Shown one piece after another: positions 9,216-16,418 of a stretch of DNA of 22,230 nt. Positions within the stretch are counted from its first letter, which is position 1. Every line of letters starts with the position of its first letter. Origin of the DNA: Candidatus Eiseniibacteriota bacterium (GTDB taxonomy: Bacteria > Eisenbacteria > RBG-16-71-46); NCBI GenBank assembly GCA_031370785.1, contig JANMQY010000055.1, forward strand, positions 1 to 22,230. Direction: 5' to 3'. The position numbers were made by a program, and so were the translations under genes. The notes under the pieces were generated by a model that was not told the origin of the DNA, made no database searches, and was given only the letters and a program-made list of their open reading frames with translations.

Positions 9216-9756
9216 CGCGACGGGGGGAACCCGCAGGACGCCGTGGGCGCTGCTCGCGCTTGCGGCAGTGCTGCTGGTGCTGCGCATCGTCGCCGGGCTG
9301 CTCGAGGCTCATCACCCGCCCGACATCGCCGACCTCGTCGTGTGGCGCCCCATCTCTGGTTCTGAAGGCATGGCCAGGGTCACCGGCAAACCCATCCTCT
9401 ACGACTTCACCGCCGACTGGTGTCCGCCGTGCCGCCTGATGAAGCGCGAGGTCTTCGCCGATCCCGAGCAGGCGAGAAAGATCAGCGTGCTCTACATCCC
9501 CGTGCGCGTGCTCGATCGATCGCGCGAGGACGGACGGAATCCTCCCGATGTGGCGGCGCTGCAGACGCGCTATCGCATCGACGGCTTTCCGACTCTGGTC
9601 GTGGTCTCCCCCGGGAATCAGCCGCAGGTACTGAATGGTTACCCCGGTCGCAAGCAGACCATCGCGTGGCTCGAAAGCGCCGTGGGCAAGGCGCGTCTCG
9701 GAATCCGGCCGGGTTCTGTGACGACGCCGGGCGCGGGCGATTCGATCGGGCGGTAG
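9199..9756 (+). CDS. Membrane-anchored thioredoxin-family protein
   Basis: N-terminal TM helix; GKPILYDFTADWCPPC (CxxC); cis-Pro loop IDGFPTLVV; overlaps the permease stop. Confidence 0.85.
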   Translation: MPAPGSATGGTRRTPWALLALAAVLLVLRIVAGLLEAHHPPDIADLVVWRPISGSEGMARVTGKPILYDFTADWCPPCRLMKREVFADPEQARKISVLYIPVRVLDRSREDGRNPPDVAALQTRYRIDGFPTLVVVSPGNQPQVLNGYPGRKQTIAWLESAVGKARLGIRPGSVTTPGAGDSIGR

Positions 9757-9812
9757 AGGCTACAGACAAGCACTGCGTCGAACGAATGGCACAGGCACCC
9801 AGAGGAGGTCGC

Positions 9813-9893
9813 ATGCGCTGGTACCTGCAGGTCCTGAAAGGCCAGCATGGCGAGAATCGTTTCGGTCCTGATCCGAAGGCTGAAATGGCATGA
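9813..9893 (+). pseudogene. Internally deleted DUF805 (YhaH/YhaI-like) gene reduced to a 26-aa in-frame minigene
   Basis: AGGAGG RBS, then MRWYLQVLK (typical DUF805 N-terminus) fused directly to GQHGENRFGPDPKAEMA (typical DUF805 C-terminus). The TM core is absent. Confidence 0.7.
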
Positions 9894-10291
9894 CCACCCT
9901 GTCAGCGCAAAGGAACACGCGAGGCTGGTGGCTGATCCTGATCTTCTACCTGCTTCTGCTCGGCGTGTCGGGGATTGCCTTTCTTGCGCCGCCCCTGGAC
10001 ACACGAGAAGGCCGCTGGGGCGTCGGCCTTGCGCTGGCCAACCTCACGTTGGTCGTCGTGGGACTGGGCGTGAGCTGGTTCGCATACCGGCGCGGTGAGA
10101 AGTGGGCATGGTGGACAGTATTCGCGACAGGCGTTTGCTACGGCATTCCGATGACGGTCATCGACCACGCCAGGGTCGGCTGGATGGGGCCCGTCTCCTA
10201 CCTCGAGTTCCTGTTGCTTGGCCTGTGGGCCGCCGGCCTTATTTTCGGCTACGCGCGAATCTTCAGGAAGCCAGACCAAGCGCTCAGGTGA
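9890..10291 (+). CDS. Hypothetical 4-TM membrane protein
   Basis: 133 aa with four hydrophobic helices and an AYRRGEKWAWW loop; ATGA overlap with the minigene stop. Confidence 0.7.
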   Translation: MTTLSAQRNTRGWWLILIFYLLLLGVSGIAFLAPPLDTREGRWGVGLALANLTLVVVGLGVSWFAYRRGEKWAWWTVFATGVCYGIPMTVIDHARVGWMGPVSYLEFLLLGLWAAGLIFGYARIFRKPDQALR

Positions 10292-10406
10292 GTTCAACCG
10301 TCAATCTCTCTTCGGCAGGAGTGATCGTCATGGAAGCACCTTTCCCTTTCCTTGGTAGTCCGCCGTCAATCGTTCACGCCGGTGGGATCAACAGCGTCGG
10401 CGCATC

Positions 10407-10478
10407 ATGGTCGGAGCGACGGTGCTGATCGTCGGAATCGTTCTGGCACTGGTGGTCGTTGGGATCTGGAGACGGTGA
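10407..10478 (+). CDS. Possible single-TM micro-protein or remnant (MVGATVLIVGIVLALVVVGIWRR)
   Basis: Clean 19-residue hydrophobic stretch flanked by Arg residues, ending 5 nt before the next gene. Not in the ORF track. Confidence 0.35.
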   Translation: MVGATVLIVGIVLALVVVGIWRR

Positions 10479-10483
10479 CGAGC

Positions 10484-11053
10484 ATGCTGGGCATGAAGGT
10501 CCTGATCGCCTTGATCGTGTGTGGGATTGCCTCTACCGCTTGCGACAGCCACGCGCCACCGTCCGCTGTGAAGCGCGTCGATCCTCCAGCTCCCGCGATC
10601 GTCTTCGACACTGGCCGAGGGACTGGTCAGTACGACCAGATGACCTACTTCAAGTACGAGAGTGAGCTCGCGCTTACGCCGCAGGTAGACGTGGCGGTAC
10701 GAGGCATCCGGCCCCAGATGTACTACTGCAATGGAACGTCAGGATTCATTGCGATCATTCGGGACGAGCATTATCAACCGCTGGCAGTCGAGGCCGGGCT
10801 GGTCGATGGTCACGGGCAATTGACTCCCACGTTTTCTGATCGTCATCTCGACCCGCCGCTGACCCTCACGGCCGGAAAGACCTATCGGATCGTGATGGAG
10901 GTGTGGACGACCAAGTCGGTGGGCATCTACACGACCGGGAACAGGACTGCCGGCACGGTCGCCGGCGTGGGCGAATACGTGGTGAGCTACGCGCGCTCCG
11001 ACACCGCCGATCATCAGGATCGCGGCGCGATTGCGTTTGAGCTGCTCGAGTAG
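10484..11053 (+). CDS. Hypothetical exported protein/lipoprotein, beta-rich
   Basis: MKVLIALIVCGIASTA-C signal/lipobox-like start (ATG 10484 or 10493), Pro-rich linker, beta-sandwich-like LTAGKTYRIVM segment. Confidence 0.65.
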   Translation: MLGMKVLIALIVCGIASTACDSHAPPSAVKRVDPPAPAIVFDTGRGTGQYDQMTYFKYESELALTPQVDVAVRGIRPQMYYCNGTSGFIAIIRDEHYQPLAVEAGLVDGHGQLTPTFSDRHLDPPLTLTAGKTYRIVMEVWTTKSVGIYTTGNRTAGTVAGVGEYVVSYARSDTADHQDRGAIAFELLE

Positions 11054-11064
11054 CCGAGCCTGCC

Positions 11065-12114
11065 TCACTCCGCTCGATACACCACGACCCAGCGGCGGAC
11101 AAGTGCACCGGCGCCCGCACCAAACAGGGCACCGAAGGGCGCGGCGATGCCGGCGCCGACCAGCGCGCCTTCCGCGACGGAGACATCTCCTGAACCCAGC
11201 GCGGCAACTGCGGCCAGACCGAACAGGGCGCCCACGGCAGCGAAACTTCCCGCCCCCACAAGCGCACCATTGATCCCCGAGCCCCCACGCATCCGGACCT
11301 CGTCGATCGCTTCCCACGGAATGCGCTCGGGAACTCTGCGATGGGCCCACTCCCCGCGCGCCTTCGGATCCGGGTGCAGACCTTCGAGGCCTGTTGGGCC
11401 CGCCAGATCCGCGAACCCCTGAAAAGTTCCGAATGAACCTGTCACACGGATCACGTCATCTTTGCCGATGCGGTTCGAAGTGCGGATCCTGGCCGGCGAC
11501 ATCGCGAGACGCGGCGCCGGCACTGCGGTCCCGAGCGGAGCCGGCGCCACAGTCTCTAGCGGAGCCGACGACGCGCGCGGAGCTGCCAACGCGAGCGGAG
11601 CTACTGACAGCATCCTGACGGACGTGTCGGCGACGTACCAGTTGCGCTCGTGTTTGAAGCGCTCGCCGTACGCCCCACCAAGCCACGCGCCGACGCCTCC
11701 CAGCACCGCGAAACCCAGCATCGCGTCGTTTCCGCCGTCACCGTTCGGTGCGCCGAGTGCATTGCCCAGACCGGCGCCCGCGAGGCCCAACACGATTGAC
11801 CCCATCACTCTTCCACGCTGTGCTCGGGTCACCACCTCGTCGATCCGCGCGATCTCGGCCCACGTGAGCGGGTCGTGTGGAAGGGGCGCGTTGCCGGGGG
11901 CGGTGAGTCCGTGCAGTCCGAGCTCGTCGATGCGACGCGCCTTGAGCGTGAGCCGCGCCGAGTCGGTCGCAACGCGCAGCCACGGGTGACTGCGATTCTG
12001 CTTCTGGAATTGGAACAGGAGATTCGGCGAAGGCTGAGCGAGGGTGTCCGACGAGGCGGCAGCGCGGGCTGGCATGATCGCGAGTAGCAGCGCGACCAAG
12101 ATTGCGCGGGGCAT
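11065..12114 (-). CDS. Hypothetical secreted protein with two tandem (beta-domain + glycine-zipper) modules
   Basis: Signal peptide (…ARAAA); two similar modules, each ending in GxxxG helices, separated by a Pro/Ala linker. Confidence 0.72.
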   Translation of the reverse strand: MPRAILVALLLAIMPARAAASSDTLAQPSPNLLFQFQKQNRSHPWLRVATDSARLTLKARRIDELGLHGLTAPGNAPLPHDPLTWAEIARIDEVVTRAQRGRVMGSIVLGLAGAGLGNALGAPNGDGGNDAMLGFAVLGGVGAWLGGAYGERFKHERNWYVADTSVRMLSVAPLALAAPRASSAPLETVAPAPLGTAVPAPRLAMSPARIRTSNRIGKDDVIRVTGSFGTFQGFADLAGPTGLEGLHPDPKARGEWAHRRVPERIPWEAIDEVRMRGGSGINGALVGAGSFAAVGALFGLAAVAALGSGDVSVAEGALVGAGIAAPFGALFGAGAGALVRRWVVVYRAE

Positions 12115-12261
12115 TGGGCGGCCTCGGGGTTCGCTCCAGAATCTGAACCATGCGCGGCGGAATGCAGAATGAGGTATGAGATTTTCTAGGGACCGGAGGA
12201 TGGCACGACGCGACTACCCTTACAATGGGCATCTGGCCGGAAGGCGCGCGGCTCTTGCCCG

Positions 12262-13125
12262 TCACCGCGTGGCGAGTGCGCCGTTTTTTTCCGCGCCGAA
12301 GCGCTCGATCAGTGCTGCCAGTGCCTCGGGGCGGTCGAGCATCACGAAATGACCGCAGCCCTCGATCCGCTCCTTCGTCAGGTGCGGAATGCGTGAGTAG
12401 CCGAGCGCTTCGGCGGTCGTGGGCCACGATTCGCCTTTGGCCCACGATCTCTCGGCGAGCACCGTGAGCACGGGCATCCGCAGATAAGCCGCGCGCTCGG
12501 AGAGATTCGCGCTCAGCGCCAACCGGATCCACGGCTTGATGTGCGCCGGATCGAGACCTCGCACCTCCTGGTAGAGCGCAAGGCCCTGCGCTGAGTCGCG
12601 TCCGAACTCGGTGTACGCCGAGCGCAGCACCTGATCGTAGTTGCCCTCGAGCGCCTCGAGCAGTGCGGTGCGTCCGGCAGCATCGACCTGCGGACGCAAC
12701 GCTGTCTCGATCAGCACCAGCCGGCGCACGCGTTCGGGATGATCGATGGCTTCCGCGGCCGCAACGAGTCCACCGAGCGAGTGCCCGACCAGCACGACCG
12801 GACCGCCGCCTTCCTCGGCGATGGCGCGGTCGAGCGCGTTCTCGGCGCGATCCAGCGAGAACGGTTCGGGCATGTCGGTCTCGCCGTGACCGGGCAGGTC
12901 GACCAGCACGACGCGCCAGTGGCGCGCGAGCAGCCGCGCGGTCGGAAGCCACTGGGCATTGCGGCTTCCGAGGCCGTGCACCATCACCAGCGTGGGCCCG
13001 TGGCCGAATGCGTAATGAGCGGACGCGGTTCCCGGCGCTACGGAACGAGGCCCCCCCACCGCCAGCGCGAGCGCGGCGACGAGAATAAAAGCAGCAGAAA
13101 GAAATCGCGTCGGTGTCTGGGTCAC
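12262..13125 (-). CDS. Secreted alpha/beta-hydrolase, catalytic residues intact
   Basis: GTG start; signal/TM segment; VHGLG oxyanion motif, DLPGHG, nucleophile GHSLG (12772-12786), catalytic His in GCGHFV. Confidence 0.9.
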   Translation of the reverse strand: MTQTPTRFLSAAFILVAALALAVGGPRSVAPGTASAHYAFGHGPTLVMVHGLGSRNAQWLPTARLLARHWRVVLVDLPGHGETDMPEPFSLDRAENALDRAIAEEGGGPVVLVGHSLGGLVAAAEAIDHPERVRRLVLIETALRPQVDAAGRTALLEALEGNYDQVLRSAYTEFGRDSAQGLALYQEVRGLDPAHIKPWIRLALSANLSERAAYLRMPVLTVLAERSWAKGESWPTTAEALGYSRIPHLTKERIEGCGHFVMLDRPEALAALIERFGAEKNGALATR

Positions 13126-13214
13126 GGGGGATTCGCTCCGCTTGGAACGGCGAGACTTCCCCTGCGATATCGGCAGTTCCTTCCTCGGACTGAACAGCGG
13201 CTCCGAGCCCGAAT

Positions 13215-15098
13215 TCAGCGGGCGCGCAGCGAGTCAGGCCTGGAGGAAGGCGTGGCCGTGCCCGATGAAGGCGGGAGCCCGCGGTCGCGGCGCCAGACGA
13301 CCTCCGCGCCGGCGGGCCACACTTCGGGCCGATGTCGGAGCAGGTCGCGCACTTCGGTGCCTGCGCCCGGCCGCGTCATCGCCCGGCGCAGCCCTTCGGT
13401 GGCTTCGCGCGCGGCAGCGGTGTCGCCGCGCTGTGTCTCGGCGCCCACGACTCCGAGCCAGGCGAGCGGATCGCCATCATCGATGGTGAGCAGCGTGCGG
13501 TACGCCTTCGCAGCATCCGCGAAATCGCGCTCGTGCGTAGCGGCAAGTCCCCACGAGAGGAACATGCGCCGGTAGGGCGTCAGCGCCGCGGCGTTTCGAT
13601 AGGCGCGTCGCGATTCGGCCCAGCGTCCCAGGTGATCGTTGCGCGATCCGATGTACGCCCAGGTGTGGGAGCGCAGAATCGCGTCACGGATCGGTGGCTC
13701 GATGGCGAAAGCCTCGGCACGCGCGAGACCGCGCGGGAGATCGTTCGCGACCAGGAGCAGCTGCACGGTCGGAACCAGGGCGATCGCGGCGGCGACGACC
13801 GCGATCGCTGCGCCCTGCTCGCGCGCAAGCTGCGCGATCATCCACGCGCCGAGCATCGCGAACGCGGTGCCGGCGGCGACGAAGATGTCCCAGTCCCGGA
13901 ACAGGCCCTGCTGCGGCTGGACGATGAGGAGCAGCGGCAACCATCCGGACGCGAGCACCACCAGGAACCGGCCGGCCGGATCACGCCACGCGCGCCGGCC
14001 GTCGAGCGCGAGCACGATCGGCAGGATCGGCGCGAGCGGTGCGATCACGCACAGCGCGTTCAGTCGGTCGAGCAACCACACGCCGGGCGAGGCGAATGGC
14101 GACAGTGCAGTCCCTCCCATCCCGGCCGGCATGTGATGCCGCAGGTCGAAGGTGTGCCCGATGCGCCACAGCAACGGCGCGCAGAACAGAAGCGTGAGCG
14201 CGACTGGAGCGACCGAGAGCAGCACACCGCTGCGCGGGAGCGGACTCGCCGATTGCGCATGGCGCTCATGCGATTTGCGCCGCGGGTCGTGGCCGACCGT
14301 GACCGGCTGCGCGCGCCAGCGCCCGATCCACAGCGTCACGGCCGCGGGCAGCAGCGCCAGCGCCGAACGATGGGTGAGCAGCGCGAGGGCGATCAGCACA
14401 CCGAATGCGAGCGCATGGCGTCCGGTGCGCGCGTAGCGCAGGCCGATCAGCCCGGCGGCTGCGGTGAGCACCACGAGTTCGCCCGTGGCCTTGCCAAACC
14501 CGGTGAGCACGGCGAGGTGGCCGGCGAAGAACAACAGGGCCGCGACCGGAAAGCGCGCCGCGCCGCTCGCCACCTCGCGTGCGAACGCCAGCGCGAGCAT
14601 CGCGAGCGCCGCCGCCTCGATCGTGCCGAGCAGGCGGCCGAGCGCGTTGGCCACGGCGATGCCGCCCACCGCGAGCGCGCTCACGAACGTGCCGTGAAGC
14701 AGCGCATCGAGCGGCATGGCCTGGGGGAACAGGATCGAGAACCGCCCGGCGCCGAGTGTGCCCTGGCGCAGAATGAAGTCGCCGAGGAACCAGGTGCGGT
14801 CGGGCAGGAACGCCACCAGCGACGCGCCGATCACGGCCGCGCCGGCGTAGGAGATCGCCGCCGGGAATTTCGAGCGTGCGCCGGCGCGTTCGAGCGCCGA
14901 GGCGAGGCGCTTCGACACCGGCGGGAGCACGGCGAGCGCCATCGCGATCCACGTGGACCACGCGAGCCATGCCGGCAGGAAGCGCTGGCTGGTCAGCCCC
15001 CACAGCCACGTGCCCGGGACGAACGTGAGCGCGCCGCGCCCCAGAACGCAGGCGATCGCCCATGCCCACACCGCGCGCCGGGCCGCGGCTGCGCTCAT
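13215..15098 (-). CDS. Polytopic membrane protein (about 12 TM) with C-terminal TPR-like repeats; possibly GT-C-fold glycosyltransferase-like
   Basis: Many TM helices; acidic loop motifs FLGDF and RDWDIF; C-terminal helical repeats (AESRRAYRNAAALTP, DAAKAYRTLLTIDDGDPLAWLG). ATG 15098 lies 1 nt after the upstream stop. Confidence 0.7.
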   Translation of the reverse strand: MSAAAARRAVWAWAIACVLGRGALTFVPGTWLWGLTSQRFLPAWLAWSTWIAMALAVLPPVSKRLASALERAGARSKFPAAISYAGAAVIGASLVAFLPDRTWFLGDFILRQGTLGAGRFSILFPQAMPLDALLHGTFVSALAVGGIAVANALGRLLGTIEAAALAMLALAFAREVASGAARFPVAALLFFAGHLAVLTGFGKATGELVVLTAAAGLIGLRYARTGRHALAFGVLIALALLTHRSALALLPAAVTLWIGRWRAQPVTVGHDPRRKSHERHAQSASPLPRSGVLLSVAPVALTLLFCAPLLWRIGHTFDLRHHMPAGMGGTALSPFASPGVWLLDRLNALCVIAPLAPILPIVLALDGRRAWRDPAGRFLVVLASGWLPLLLIVQPQQGLFRDWDIFVAAGTAFAMLGAWMIAQLAREQGAAIAVVAAAIALVPTVQLLLVANDLPRGLARAEAFAIEPPIRDAILRSHTWAYIGSRNDHLGRWAESRRAYRNAAALTPYRRMFLSWGLAATHERDFADAAKAYRTLLTIDDGDPLAWLGVVGAETQRGDTAAAREATEGLRRAMTRPGAGTEVRDLLRHRPEVWPAGAEVVWRRDRGLPPSSGTATPSSRPDSLRAR

Positions 15099-15099
15099 C

Positions 15100-15936
15100 T
15101 CACTTCTTCGCCATGGCCTGCTTCGCAAAGGTCGAGAGCACCATCGCCAGCGTATCGGGCTGGTCGCTCGCCATCAGCACGGCGCTGTTGGCGATCCGGC
15201 GCGGCGGGTGGCTCGCGGGGTCCTCCCAACCCAGCTCCTTGCCGATGACCGCCCAGTCCTTGTCGGGCGGGAACCGCTTGTCGCTCATCACCACCAGCAC
15301 GGGAGTCTTGAGGTTCTTGACCGTGCGCGTCGCGTCGGCGTCGAGCAGACGACGCAGGTACGCCTTGATCGTAACCGGCGGCACCTGCGCCACCATCGCC
15401 TGGACCTGCACGCCCTGCGCCGAGTCGCGTCCCATGCGCGAGAAGATCATGCTCGTCACCTGGTCGTAGTTCTGCTCCATGTACTCCAGGAACTGCTTCT
15501 TCTGCTGGTCGTCGATCGGGAGCGGCGACTTGAGCACGACATCGATCAGCACCAGGCCCTTCTGATGCTCGGGGTGCGCGCCCGCCGACATGAGTGCGAG
15601 CAGCGCGCCCACGCCCTGTCCGACCACGACCGTGCTCTCGGGGTGCTGCTTCGCGACGACCAGGTCGAGCGCCTCGGCGGCCGCTTCGAGCGAGAACGGA
15701 TCGGGCAGCGGACTTTCGCCATGGCCGGGCAGATCGACCATCACCACGTGGTAGTTCGAGAGCAGCTTGCGCGCGGTCGGCATCCAGCCGAGGCGCGCGC
15801 CGCCCAGACCGTGCACCAGCACCAGCGTCGGACCGCGCCCGAACTCGGTGACGCGAAGCGTGACTGGCGGCGTGATCGCCGCCGCGGCCAGCGACGCGGC
15901 CAGCGTGAAGCCGCACAGCGTGAGCGCAACCTTCAT
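15100..15936 (-). CDS. Secreted alpha/beta-hydrolase-fold pseudoenzyme (nucleophile Ser and catalytic His absent)
   Basis: Signal peptide MKVALTLCG…AAAA; VHGLG and DLPGHG retained, but the elbow reads GQGVG (15607-15621) and the His loop reads NSAVLM. Alternative start TTG 15951 has a GGAGG RBS. Confidence 0.85.
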   Translation of the reverse strand: MKVALTLCGFTLAASLAAAAITPPVTLRVTEFGRGPTLVLVHGLGGARLGWMPTARKLLSNYHVVMVDLPGHGESPLPDPFSLEAAAEALDLVVAKQHPESTVVVGQGVGALLALMSAGAHPEHQKGLVLIDVVLKSPLPIDDQQKKQFLEYMEQNYDQVTSMIFSRMGRDSAQGVQVQAMVAQVPPVTIKAYLRRLLDADATRTVKNLKTPVLVVMSDKRFPPDKDWAVIGKELGWEDPASHPPRRIANSAVLMASDQPDTLAMVLSTFAKQAMAKK

Positions 15937-16008
15937 GGATCGTGTGTTCAATGTGACCCTCCGTAGTGGCCTTGGAAACGGGCGCGATCTTACTCGCGAT
16001 CTTCGTGC

Positions 16009-16038
16009 TTGCGTTACTGCACGTATGTGCAGTAGCCT
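16009..16038 (+). promoter_or_regulatory. Sigma70-type promoter for the mutagenesis operon (-35 TTGCGT, 18-nt spacer, -10 TAGCCT)
   Basis: Hexamers at 16009-16014 and 16033-16038, ending 18 nt upstream of ATG 16057. Confidence 0.55.
16015..16034. promoter_or_regulatory. Putative LexA operator (SOS box) TACTGCAC-GTAT-GTGCAGTA
   Basis: Perfect 8-bp inverted arms with a 4-nt centre; fills the promoter spacer and overlaps the -10; lies upstream of Y-family and DnaE2 polymerase genes. Confidence 0.78.
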
Positions 16039-16056
16039 GCTGCTCGCCAGGTCCCT

Positions 16057-16311
16057 ATGCGACTCGAAACCATCGATGAAGCCGTCCCCGTGCGCGCCGA
16101 CTTCCAGGGCGGCGCCGTCACCCCGCTGGCGTTCCGCCGCGGGGGGCGCGAGCACCGGATCGTCCGCGTCAACGCGCGCTGGATCGATCGGGCGCCGCGG
16201 CATCCGTACTTCTTTTTCTCGGTGACCGACGAAAGCGGCGACGTCTACCAGCTACAGCTGCAGAGCGGAGACCTGGTGTGGCGGCTGGACTCGGTAACCC
16301 TGGAGGGCTGA
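16057..16311 (+). CDS. Small stand-alone DUF6504 / ImuB C-terminal-domain-like beta protein
   Basis: 84 aa; P.AF.RGGR.HRIVRV..RW……FFSV.DESGDVYQL……WRL matches the pattern of DUF6504 and the ImuB C-terminal domain; first gene after the SOS box. Confidence 0.72.
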   Translation: MRLETIDEAVPVRADFQGGAVTPLAFRRGGREHRIVRVNARWIDRAPRHPYFFFSVTDESGDVYQLQLQSGDLVWRLDSVTLEG

Positions 16312-16418
16312 TGACGCCCCGTTCGACACCGCGGCGCCGGGCGGGGCGCAACGCGCGCCTCTCCCCTCTGCGACGCACTCGATGGCACCCGCAGAAGCAG
16401 AGCAAGGCGCCGCGGTGA
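16311..16418 (+). CDS. Putative 35-aa Arg-rich micro-ORF (MTPRSTPRRRAGRNARLSPLRRTRWHPQKQSKAPR)
   Basis: GGAGG RBS at 16302-16306; TGATG overlap with the upstream stop and a second TGATG overlap with an in-frame dinB ATG (16418). Confidence 0.4.
   Translation: MTPRSTPRRRAGRNARLSPLRRTRWHPQKQSKAPR

Noticed and set aside
9757..11064. Integron cassette array explanation for the short orphan genes
   Set aside because: No RYYYAAC…GTTRRRY attC-like palindromes between the genes, no integrase, and some genes overlap.
15952..16203. Extended start (16203) of the pseudo-hydrolase
   Set aside because: It overlaps the divergent promoter, the SOS box and the 16057 gene. The signal peptide begins at 15936/15951.
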